Shown here piece by piece: positions 36,705-47,441 of a stretch of DNA of 64,000 nt (positions within the stretch are counted from its first letter, which is position 1; each line of letters starts with the position of its first letter). The notes under the pieces are model-generated. The model was not told the origin of the DNA. It worked only from the letters and a program-made list of their open reading frames with translations, and did no database searches. Source of the DNA: Podarcis erhardii (lineage: Eukaryota); NCBI GenBank assembly GCA_964252035.1, contig OZ176205.1; one strand, 5' to 3'. The position numbers and the translations under genes are program-made.

Positions 36705-36863
36705 GGTGCCATCAGAATATGTTTCCCCTTTCAGCACAGTTGTTGGATTACTTTCCGAACTGGATTTGACTGGAAACCCTCAGCATCTTGACTCTGGAAT
36801 TACAAATCTCACTTACTGCAACTGGGAGGCAACGTGCTGTGATGTGAACTTACGTTGCCTGCC
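36705..36863 (+). other. DENND2C: 5' UTR portion of the large DENND2C exon
   Basis: Strong polypyrimidine acceptor tttctctctttttcttcag ending 36704. An in-frame TGA upstream of ATG 36864 closes the main frame. Confidence 0.75.
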
Positions 36864-37657
36864 ATGCACCCCACGGGCAGCACAGATCCTGGCTTTTCCC
36901 GCACTGCTGTGCAAACCCTGTCTCGTAGCCACTGCCGGAACATAAAACAAAAGATTTCTCAGTGGGAGGGTCGGACTCAAGGGGGTTGCCAGGAGGAAAG
37001 ACAGAAGCCCCAGGACTTTGGGGTCAAGTATGGTCAAGAGAGCAGGAGACAGACAGTGGGTCTTGGGCACAGCAGGCATTCAGAAGGACTAGCAAACATT
37101 CAGAGCCTTGGCTTAGATTTCCGGGAAAACTCTCGCCTCTGCTGTGTGACTGAGGAGGAAGAGGAGAGGCTCCAAGAGGCTCCAGAGAGCCCCTTGGTTG
37201 AGCAGCTCCCCAATGGTGCTATATCTGAAGGAGAGGATGAGGCGGACTGGCAGGGGGAGAGGCTCCCTCCAGGGAACTTCTACACCTCACGGGAGCTGTG
37301 GAAACAGATAGAAGCCCTTCCTCCTGACCAAGTCCTCGCTCTGGCTTTGGACCTGAAAAGAAAGCGGGAAAGCTGTGGCTCAACAGAGAAGGAGCTGAAC
37401 CTGGCTCCGACCAAGAGCTTGGAGAACATCTACTGTGACGTTGAAGGTCAGGAGGGGCGGCCAGCCATCAATCCGGTACCCAAACCACGAAGGACTTTCC
37501 GATACCTGTCTGATAAGGACCACACAGATTGCCCTAATGGAGGCTATGCTGAGAGGAAGGCGCCAGAACATCAGTCTAATGGTGGCTGTCCTGCCTCAAC
37601 CTCCCATGACACTGGGCAGAGAGTGGTCAGCAGAGGAATCCGAAGCAGATCCAAGAG
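36864..37657 (+). CDS. DENND2C: DENND2C coding exon 1 (MHPTGSTDPGFSRTAVQTLSRSHCRNIKQKISQWEG...LPPGNFYTSRELWKQIEALPPD...INPVPKPRRTFRYLS...RSRSK)
   Basis: Matches the human DENND2C N-terminus (GFSRTTVQTLSRSHCKNIKQKISQWEG; LPPGNFYTS; PKPRRTFRYLS). cctgccATG start; AG|gtgggt donor, phase 2. Confidence 0.92.
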
Positions 37658-37698
37658 GTGGGTACCAGGTTGAGTTCTCTGGCTCCTCTTATGCAAGT

Positions 37699-38079
37699 AG
37701 GTAAAGGTAAAGGACCCCTGGATGGCTAAAGTCCAGTCAAAGGCGACTATGGGGTTGCAGCACTCATCTCGCTTTCAGGCTTAGGGAGCTGGCTTTTGTC
37801 CACTGACAGCCTTCTGGGTCATGTGGCCAGCATGACTAAACCGCTTCTGGTGCAACGTAACATCGTGATAGAGGCCAGAGCACACAGAAATGCCGTTTAC
37901 TTTCCCGCTAGAGTGGTACCTATTTATCTACTTGCACTGGCATGCTTTTGAACTGCTAGGTTGGCGGAAGCTGAGACAGAGCAACGGGCGCTCACCCTGT
38001 CACACGGATTCAAACCATCAACCTTCCAATTAGCAAGCCCATGAAGCCCAGTGGTTTGGACTGCAGCACCACCCGCTCC
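37699..38079 (-). mobile_element. Sauria SINE, near full length, antisense
   Basis: (ACCTTT)n-type tail read as gtaaaggtaaagg. Diagnostic core gtcatgtggccagcatgactaaaccgcttctgg and gtacctatttatctacttgcac. tRNA-like head at the right end. Confidence 0.9.
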
Positions 38080-38419
38080 GTGGTGGATATTGCTCATTGT
38101 AGCAAGTCCTGTTCCTAATCATTGCGGTTTTCCCCATCTTAGGGAACAGCTAAGCATACTCTTCTCTCAGTTCCCCCCCATTCATTCTTCCATCATCAGG
38201 AAATCAGAAAGGTTCTCCCCCCATCTTTCAATATTTCTATTTGCAATTGTAACAGAAAAAATGGGGGGGGGGTAGATTAAAAAAACAAAAATAAATTTCC
38301 AGCTGACTTTTCACTGTAAGAGTATTTCATCATTCTTGTTTTAGTATACATTAATATAATCAGTCTAAATAGTTGTCTAAATGAAATTGACTATTACAAC
38401 CCATATGTTCAAATGTAGA

Positions 38420-38527
38420 TGTATGTTGGACTACAACTCCCATCATGCCTGCCCACTGGCCATGCTGGCTGGGGCTGATGGGAGTCCAGCAACTCCTGGG
38501 GCAGGAACAGGTTTCCCCATCACTGCC
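38420..38527. mobile_element. Family H hAT-type MITE, partial
   Basis: gttggactacaactcccatcatgcc...ggccatgctggctggggctgatgggagtccagcaac. Confidence 0.65.
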
Positions 38528-38810
38528 TTAGGGCATGAAAAACAATTTCTGAGAGAAATTATGTTAAAAATGATCTCACCCCTTTCTATTGTCTTTATAC
38601 GTTCTGAATGGAGAAGAACTGAAGACAGAGCTGCATAATACTACTTTTTCTAAAAGAGCAGTTTTATGCTGAAAATTCTCCAAAAGGAAAACAAACATTT
38701 CAGACAGCTCTAGACAGGGGCAGCAGCCCTTTAACAAAACATAGGAAATGGGCAAGTTATTGCTTGTGAGGCTTGAGTGATGATAAGGCAACTCTATGCT
38801 TTGTTTGCAG

Positions 38811-38959
38811 AAAGTCCTTCGAATTTGAGGACATCCAAGGTTACCGAAACCGGCTAGCAGCCATGGAGTACCAAAAGCTCCATGAAGAATTGAATGGCAC
38901 CACAAGTGTCCGCCTCTACTGCACGCAATCGGAGGACAACCTCTATGAGGACATTATTG
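38811..38959 (+). CDS. DENND2C: DENND2C coding exon 2 (RKSFEFEDIQGYRNRL...QSEDNLYEDII)
   Basis: tttgcag acceptor, G|gtatgt donor, phase 2-1. KSFEFEDI and SEDNxYEDI are family motifs. Confidence 0.95.
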
Positions 38960-40006
38960 GTATGTTGCAAAGTTCACTTGAAGGAAATGAATTGTACTAG
39001 TTTGGAGCTGACCTGTTGAACATGTTTATAGATGCCTGTTTGTAGAGTGATATCAAATACCACTTCTTCTGCAAAACAGCAAATTGAAGAGAAGCGGGTG
39101 TGGGGATTTGCAGAGCATCCTGCTGCTTTGTGCTTTCTTCCTCCCCGTTTCCTTTCTATTAGTTCACAAGTAGGCACCCTATGGGCCCTAATGTCATTTT
39201 ATGCAGCCCCCAAACCTGCTCAAGCTGCCCCATTCTTCCATCGGATCAGAGTTCCTTCAGTCCTGTTCGTTTCCTCCTTATTTTTCCTGTTTTCTTTTTA
39301 AGTGTCTCTTCTCCCCCACCCCATTTCTGTGTAGTTTCAGAACAATTTGAAGGGCCACATTTTATTTGATAGAAATAATTGATGTATTCTCAGGAGCCTT
39401 TTCCTGGTTGTACAAGCTTTGGGAAAAGGATGTTTTCCTCTCAGCTCTCTAAGAACAAATTGATAGATTTCCGATGTGTATGTGTGGTTTTTTTGTGTTT
39501 TTTTTTTTGTTTGTTTGTGTATAGCACACCAAAGCCAAAGAGTAATCATTTTCAAAACAGTAGCTGCATTGGTCTGTTGTACCAAGAAAATCCTGTGCAT
39601 GACCTTTGACATCTTAATGACAGGTGGGTTGTCCCTCCCACCTGCCAAGTTTTGCCTGTGTGGTTGGGCTTCAACTCCACAGCAGGACTGAACCCGCCCC
39701 CCATCAGTGGTGGTGAGCTGAAACCTGCTATCTGCAGCCACTGGCTCTGTGCATGAGTTCCCTGCTACTTGCTTGCGTAGCAGAACAAGGTAGAATTCAC
39801 CCCCTGCCCATCAGCTGATGGACAGGTGGCTGTGGTTTTGGAAAATGGTCCTTGTGGGCTGAATTGGAACCCCTGGTGGGCCAGGAGTGGCATTTGGGCC
39901 AGAGGTTCCACTCCTCTGCTGTAGACATGGTCCCAGTTTGTGCCTTTTGTTGTTGCAAGCATGTTGGTATTCTGCCTCTCTCCTTCACGATACTCCTTTT
40001 TCCTAG

Positions 40007-40113
40007 ATCCTGCTAAGGAGAACCTGTATGAAGATATCAAAGTGAAGCCTCTATGGAGGATCCCCTCTACTTGGAAGCTGCCTCCTGCCCGGAGCACCAT
40101 CAAGCCTCCCAAG
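40007..40113 (+). CDS. DENND2C: DENND2C coding exon 3 (DPAKENLYEDIKVKPLWRIPSTWKLPPARSTIKPPK)
   Basis: ttcctag acceptor, AAG|gtgaag donor, phase 1-0. Confidence 0.95.
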
Positions 40114-41398
40114 GTGAAGGCTCATTTCTCAATGTCTGTTCTCTGCATCCCCACCTAAGGCTGGATTTTGTCCCTGCACCCCACAGGAATTCAGTTGACT
40201 AAGATGGAATAAGTTCAGACATGCACAGACTCAGTGGCATTGAGCTAAGTGTTTGAACTGCTTCCACTGAAAAGTTTTGTGTGTTTGGGCTGATGGCAAA
40301 CCTGTGACACTGTGGCTTTCACCATTGTTGGCAGTTATCAACTGAAGATTGCATGTCTGTGAATTCACCATTAGAGAGTAAAATGCTGCTTTGCTATGCT
40401 GTGTTAGCATTAGCTTGATCTCTCCTTGTCCGAAGACAATACTCTGCACTCTTCATGCAGGGAACAAAAGAGGAAGGGGGAAATTTGTGCATGCATGCTG
40501 AAGCGCATTCACGATCTGTGGGTTAAGAGCATACCTCCACACACATGCACTAGGGTAGTCTTTTGTGGAGGGGAGCTTGTGCTGCCTGGGGATTAAGCCA
40601 TATGCCCAGTATCTACAGCACCACAGGGAGCACTGTAGCAGTGCAGGGGAGGCACTTTGTTGCCTAAACATGTGCGCCTGTGCATGCTTCCCTTTTCAGA
40701 CCTCCTACTCATTGTGCTTTTACCACCTATAACATAGGGAAGTGCATTTGTTCAAGACTGAAAGCTGATGCTTCCTCTTCATCTCTCCCACTTGTGAAGG
40801 AATGAGCCTGAGGCACCTTCACAATGCTAGCCTTTCCCATCCTGTGGCCCTCCAGCCCTGAGGTGTTGGTCTTGCTGGCTGGGGCTGATTGGAGTTCCAA
40901 CAACTTTTGAGGAGCCAAGAAAAGGTGTTGGCAGGCACTTAAAGCCTGTGTCCTTGGTTCCCATTATAACTGACTTGAAATGACACCCACCCCCTGCTTC
41001 TCCAGTGACAAAGCAGGAAGATTGTGTTAGCTGCTATTTTGCCCCCAAATGATTTTAGGGGAAGAGGACAGTCACTAAGCTAAACAACTGCTAAATGCAC
41101 AGGTGTGTAAATTGGGAGAATTGGGCAGGCGGTGGGAGAGGAGGCAGGCCTAATTAGATTTCCCCACTGCTCAACTAAGGGGACTTTTCAGCCTGTGCTC
41201 TTCTCCAAACCAGGGATTGTTCCCATGCCTGTTAGACACTTCTACTTCAATGTCACTACCATAAAAAGCAGGCAGCCTGTTTGCAGAATTCTTGTTCATT
41301 ATTGGTGTCTGCCCACATTCAGCTTAGTGGGAATCACTTTCCTAGTGAAACCTTTTCACTCTCAACCATGTTTTTATTTTATTTTTGGTTTTGTGCAG

Positions 41399-41569
41399 CT
41401 ACCCCCGAAGCCACACTTCCTTCACCGCAAAACCTTGGAGCTAAAGACCACAAGGATCTGCCTGCGCGGGAGGCTGCCAAAGGACACAACTCTACCTGTT
41501 ACGCTGACCGAGTGGAAGTTCTTCAAAGCAGGCGAGGCTGGAAGCAGGAAGAGGAAGAATCTACCTCGG
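41399..41569 (+). CDS. DENND2C: DENND2C coding exon 4 (LPPKPHFLHRKTLELK...DTTLPVTLTEWKFFKAGEAGSRKRKNLPR)
   Basis: ttgtgcag acceptor, CGG|gtgagg donor, 171 nt symmetric phase 0. Confidence 0.95.
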
Positions 41570-44525
41570 GTGAGGAAGCACGATTCAAAACTTTGAGCCC
41601 CCCCCCCCAGGGGGAAAGCAGCAAGAGGAACTAGAGTCTTTTCTTTCTTTCCCTGCTCATGCACCACACCACTCAGCTTTGGGAATGGTCCTGAGCACGA
41701 GGAGATCTTCACCCTTCCTCTGCAGCAATGCTGAGCAGTGATTTGAACCTAGTTCAAACCTAGGTGCAAGATTCAGCTAGCTAGTCCTCCTTGTGGAAGC
41801 CCATGCCTGAATTAATTTCACTCCTTTGTTTATTTGGATGCTGCTGTCCTGCTGTGCATAGACAGCTATTCAGGCTGATTAGCAAGTGGGCACAGGCAGT
41901 ATGTGGCAACGTGCAGTTAATACGCAGCTAACCCCCATTCACTTTGGAAGTTTAATTCTGATTTTAAACAAGTGATCAGTGCTGCTTGTAAAGGCTCAAT
42001 ATGACCCTGAGTTCATTTTATTCTGCCTAGACTCGTGTAGCTTATTCCTCTGGAGTGGCTTACTCCGGATTTAACATTTTAACCTCCAAAGTGTTTTGTG
42101 GCTTAAAGCTGCTGAGCAGTTTATTAGGAATGAGACAGTTCCATAAAACTTGAATATCATTTTCCTGATGTGTTTCCTGCCGCTCCCTCCCGTGGGTGAG
42201 TGAGTAACAGAGATGCATGACTGGTGTAGTCGGCAAACTAAGATTCGCTTCTGATGCTGCCTACGCACTGGAGAAATTGGACTCCTGTCCAGCTAGCGGT
42301 CTTTTTATATCACCTCGCATACATCTGTATTTTTAAAAAATCAGTGCACAACACACACCAGTTCTCTTGATAACCCTACAGTACGAAAGCATTGCAAAAA
42401 AAGATGTGTTTCAGATATTGTTGTCTAGCTAGGGACCTGAGCAATAAAAGCTCCCAGTTCTGGCATCTACTTTAGGCTAAAGGACTGAGCCAGCCCACGC
42501 AGCCTAGTAGAAATCTCTTTCTTCTGTGGCAGAGGGAATTGGGGGTAGGAGGAGGGAAGGCTAGCATATTCCCCAGGCCAGACTTGTTGCCTTTTCCAAG
42601 TGTTACACATCAGCATTACTTGGAGTGTGCAAAGATGATTATAAACGTTGTGCCAAGAGGAATGATGAAATGTCCCACATGAGTGCCCTTTGTCAGACAA
42701 AGACCCCTAAACAGCCTCCAAACGTAAAGGAGTAATTTACTGACAGGGAAAATGCATGTTGTTCTCTCACTCTGAACTCACAAGATTGCTGGAGTGATGC
42801 CCAAACACACTGTGGCAAAGAATCTTGGTCAACCCCACCAGAGAAGCATGTGCTACGTTCCAGCATCCTGACGCCATATCTGCAGCTCTCAACCACTTTT
42901 CCTGGGTTCTTGAAGCTGCTGACAAATGTGACAGCCCTGTGACTGCCAGAGTTTGTGGCAGCTGGCTTAGAAAGTGTGGGGTGGGGAAACACATTTCCAA
43001 ATCACAGTGTTTCCGTGGCAAAAAGCTGTGGAAAGTCTCAGCTACCTGGCATGCACACACCCACCCCTTTCTCCCCTCTGGCATTTTGCATGTTTCGTCT
43101 CAACAAACACCAGTGTAACCGGGCTACCATTTCAAAGTGCGAAGTAGCTCTCAGATTAAGATCAAGGCTGGGAAAACTCTGCAGGAGCGGAAGAGAGGCA
43201 GGAGGAAATGGATGGAGGAAGTGCAATGCTTCCTGCAAAAGGGCAGCCGTGCCCTCGGGTTGTGCTGCACGCCATTGTGCACCGCCCTGGCCCAGGAGCA
43301 GCCGAGCAGATTGCTGCTGCGGTTCCTTCTTCCTCTGCCCGCCTGACCCTGCTTGGGTTGCCGAGGTCAGGGAAAGGGTTGGGACTGTGAGTGGATTTAC
43401 CTGGCGCTTGCCTCTTGCACTTGTGCATTGCTGGTGGTGATGGGAACGACTGGTCCCCACCCTGTGGCCTGTGCTTGGAATGTCGAATGCATTCTTAAAG
43501 CCGGGCAAGAGGGAACTTGGCCTGCGTGCCGCGCCTTTCAGGCAGCAAAGCAGTTCCGCAGGAGATGAGAGCGCCAGCAGGTTATGACTTGACGTGCTGA
43601 GCCAAAGAGCTTTCTGTCTGCCTGTGGCTTGAGACACCTGATACTACACATGGAACTGGATGGGCTTGGCTGCTGCTGCCACCACCACTCATCTCTTAGT
43701 GCATGTTTTTTTTTAGAACAACATAAAGTAGGTAACTCAAAAAAGGGGCACCCAGTAGCTAAGTGCCTGCCTGCCTCCAGATATGGAACTATGTTCCCCT
43801 CTCTTTTATTTGAAGGGTCAGTCCTTCCCTTCATTTCCAGGACCAAACTGTTCCTCAGTCCTGGCAAGGGAGGTCCCTTGGTGCCATTTCCTTGAGAATC
43901 TATGGCCCTCCAGACATTGTTGGATCACGGCCAGCAGTATTGCATGAGGGGGCCAGAGCCTCAGTGCTTCCCTCTCAGCAGTAGCACATGAGCAATCAGA
44001 TTCTAGAATGGTGAACATAGTTGTAATGGAGCATGAATATAGATTTTCATGTTTCTGATCCTCGAAATAGGAACACCTTTGGAAAGCCAACCCAACCTAT
44101 GTTATGAATCTTGGGTCTGTGTGCATGGAGTTGAATGTGCCTTTGCTCAAGACTGTAGATGTAACAAACACTTCATGCTACAGAGTACTGTGGGAAGTTC
44201 TCTAGTGGCCCACAGTTTTCACTTCTCCCTGTGACCTGGTCCCAAGATCAGGCCCATGTCAGGACTCCTAATGGCATGTATAGCCAGTGTCCATATACAT
44301 CCCTTGTTATCCTTTTCAATTACACGTTTGTATGTTTCTTCCGGATGCCAGATGATTCAGTTTGCCTTCTAGATGGATCAGATCATCGTTGACATGGGTT
44401 TGGTAGCTGCCCACCTCAAAATTTTCCAACATGGCTCTGTGAATGGCCAGCTTTTACAGTCCTTGCCTGGATATTTGGGAGACATGTGGCCCCTCTTGAT
44501 TTCCACTTTGTTTTTTGGGTTTCAG

Positions 44526-44622
44526 CTTGTGTTGAAGATTCAGGAAATCTTTGACTCCAAACGAGGGAAGAAGAGGGTGAAGTTGGTGGCCCAGACAGGA
44601 AAAGAAGTTTCTCCAGCCAGAG
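44526..44622 (+). CDS. DENND2C: DENND2C coding exon 5 (LVLKIQEIFDSKRGKKRVKLVAQTGKEVSPAR)
   Basis: tttcag acceptor, G|gtatag donor, phase 0-1. Confidence 0.94.
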
Positions 44623-45216
44623 GTATAGATTTTGAGTTATGTAAAGTTCTACTAGTCAGATATCCAAACATTGGTGGGGATAAGCATGTAATTGCCAACT
44701 CTTGAGTATTGATTATGTTTAATATGTGCTTACTCCTTTTTTATCCTGCCCTTCCTCTAATGACCTTAGGATAATGTAGAAGGTTCTGTACTAAAATTGC
44801 AGAAGAATAAAGTAGTCCCTGGTTTTTCAAAAACTGTGCTACTACGTTTTTCTATGCGACTTTTCTTCCTGGCATGTGCTGAATTGCCTAGTAAAGAGCC
44901 ATGTGTTCTTTGTGTGACCTGCATTTTGCAAATCAGCATTGTCAAGTTGCCTAGCAGTGCTAAACAATTTATGGTGATGCTTCCTTACATTGCACAACAT
45001 GGAAGATGCCTCCTCGAAACCATATGATGAGTTTTATTTGCTTTGTTTAACACTTGGAGTGTGTGTGGCAGCAGATGCTTTTGCCAGATGTTGCACCTGT
45101 GCCCAGCTTTTGGTGCCCTTAGGCCCATGATGGGTCATCAGCACGTCAATTGCCTTCCAGCATTTCCTATTCCCACCCAGCTGGCAAATTCTGATGGAAA
45201 TTCTCTATCGTTTCAG

Positions 45217-45261
45217 GTGAAACCAATGGGTATGACAGTGAACCGGAGAATCTGCCAAAAA
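45217..45261 (+). CDS. DENND2C: DENND2C coding exon 6, 45-nt mini-exon (GETNGYDSEPENLPK)
   Basis: tttcag acceptor, A|gtgagt donor, phase 1-1. Homologous to human GETSGNESDAEYLPK. Confidence 0.9.
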
Positions 45262-47016
45262 GTGAGTGAGTCACAAGGGCTGAGCCAGCTCATGGGGCAT
45301 AATTATAGCTGCTGGATCACCTGCTGGTATATTTACTAGAAATGGCCAGCCTGCATATAGCTTCTGTGAACCATTTAAGTATTTGGAATATTGACCATTT
45401 GTTTGTGGCAAAATGGGCTCACTATGAATGCTTAGAGCTGGGATGGGAAGCTGTGGCCTTCTGGATGTTGTTACCTCCAGCCAGGTTGGCCATCAGGGAT
45501 GGTGGCAGCTGTAGACCATTAACAACTGGAGGGCCACCCGTTCCCCATTCCTGGCTGCTTGTGGAGCTCAGGGAATGCATATTTCTTCCAGCACCTGGGA
45601 GAGCATAGCTTGCTTGGGAGCTATGTCTACTAAAACTTTGGCATGAGGACTTCATGCCTAGGATCCCAGTGAAGGGAATAAAGGATTGGGGTGACTGACA
45701 GGAAAAAAAATATCTGGAGGAAGTGGGCATGTTTAGAGCTTTCAAACTGTGTCCTCATGAACTCTGGAGTTCCAGTTGCTTGATGGGAAAATCAGCAACT
45801 ATGGAAGGCTTTCTTGAAAGACAGCCTGTCTGTCATTATTACTATTTTCTTGCAAAGGGTAGCCTCTCCCTAGTGACTGTTTGACATGTTCTAGGGCACA
45901 TTTGATTTTTACAGGGCAACAGCAAAGCCCAACAAGCTTAGCTGTTGCTCCGCATAAACCTTGAAAGTGGACCAGAATCCTCTGAGAAACCTGGTAATCC
46001 CATGGCAGGCATGAATGGGTGTTGCTGCACATGAGCCACTGTGGAATGAGTTCACTCAAAGGAGGGAGGTTTCCCCTCAAAAAACCCAACTCTTTTAGGG
46101 AATAGATTCCATCCAAAGCAGTTGTGTCCTTTTCCAAAGGTGAAGAGAAGACATCCGTAAAGAAAAAGGTTAGAGTTAGGGCATCTAGATGCTGCAGAGG
46201 CTGCTTCTCTCCAGTTCCATGGTGCTACGAAGTAGTCACTGAACTTCTTGTGGTAAAATATATTAAGAGGCTGTTCACACGCCCCTCCCAAAGGCATCTC
46301 CAGTGTCGCCTCTTTAGCCCATTCATTTCTGTACTCTGTATGGTCCTGCAAGATTGTGAAACGCCCTTTGCTGGGAAAAAAGGAGTGAGATTATACATAA
46401 TGAGTTTGGCCCTTTATCCCAGGCTTGCATATAAGCACTGGAGGAAGAACAACTAGAGCAACAGGCTCCAAACTGGATCTGTGTCATGACTCATCTGCTC
46501 TAGCTGGCACCGGTGGCTCTGGACACACCAGCATTTCCTGCTCTCCATGCCTGCAAAGCTTTGCCTGTAGCCCAGCACGGACACACTTCAGTAGTACCCA
46601 CCAATGTCAAGTCATGTCTCCATCCATCCTGCAAACTGTCTTGTGTGGGCACTCAGATCAGCACCCTCTCTTAGGTGCTAGAGTTGGGAAGGGAAGACAT
46701 TACAGTCAGGTTTGGAATAAAGGAAGTGTGACTTAGGCATGAAGCCTAAGTCACTGCAGTTGGTGCAGTTTTGAATACTGCTCCAATCCCATTCAGAATG
46801 GGATGCTTTGTGATAGCTTACTGTGGTGTTCTGTCCCTGTAGCATTCAGATGTTAGTATGATTTGCCTCAGATTGGGCAGCGTAGCTAATTTGCTACCAA
46901 GCTGTCTCTTGCTTACTGCTCCTCCCAACCTTTACTGGTATGCGGGAGAACAGAGCTTGCCTTGTTCTTAAGTTTAGCTTTGACCATCTGCATGACCTTG
47001 AGTAAATTCCCTAATC

Positions 47017-47155
47017 CAGGCCAGGTCAATGTATTGCCCTCCAAATGTGTGTCCAACTACAGCTCCCATAATCCTTGAGCTTTGGCCATGCTGGGTGGGA
47101 CTGATGGGAGATGGAGTTCGGCAAGAACTGGATGGCACCATGTTGGCTAATCTGC
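47017..47155. mobile_element. Family H hAT-type MITE
   Basis: ccctccaaatgtg...actacagctcccataatcc...ggccatgctgggtgggactgatgggag. Flanks ccctaatc / ccctaacc. Confidence 0.6.
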
Positions 47156-47253
47156 CCCTAACCCTTCAACCTTCTTCCTCTCTGTTGCTGCCTCCCCTTC
47201 CTTCACTCAGGATAAAAGGCTTTAGCAGTTAAGAGTTCATTTGTCTATCTTAG

Positions 47254-47441
47254 GTCGCCATAAGCGCCTGCTGCAGGTACAGGCTCAGTCCAAGAGAAAT
47301 CCACACTACCAGACTCTGGAGCGGGACCTCATCGAGTTCCAGGAGCAGCAGCTCTTTGAGCTCTTTGTGGTGGTGTCACTACAGAAGAAGCCATCAGATG
47401 CAACATACACCCCACAGATTATACAGCAGTTTCCTAGCAAG
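47254..47441 (+). CDS. DENND2C: DENND2C coding exon 7 (SRHKRLLQVQAQSKRNPHYQTLERDLIEFQEQQLFELFVVVSL...QQFPSK), start of uDENN
   Basis: cttag acceptor, AAG|gtgagt donor, phase 1-0. Confidence 0.96.

Noticed and set aside
43344-43568. Selenocysteine decoding of the two in-frame TGAs
   Set aside because: I saw no SECIS-like AUGA/GA kink-turn stem in the available 3' UTR, there is no redox motif context, and DENN proteins are not known selenoproteins. A SECISearch run would settle it.
43038-43637. 199-aa minus-strand ORF as an antisense gene
   Set aside because: TTG/CTG-type start, no domain. Best explained as the shadow of the GC-rich plus-strand segment.
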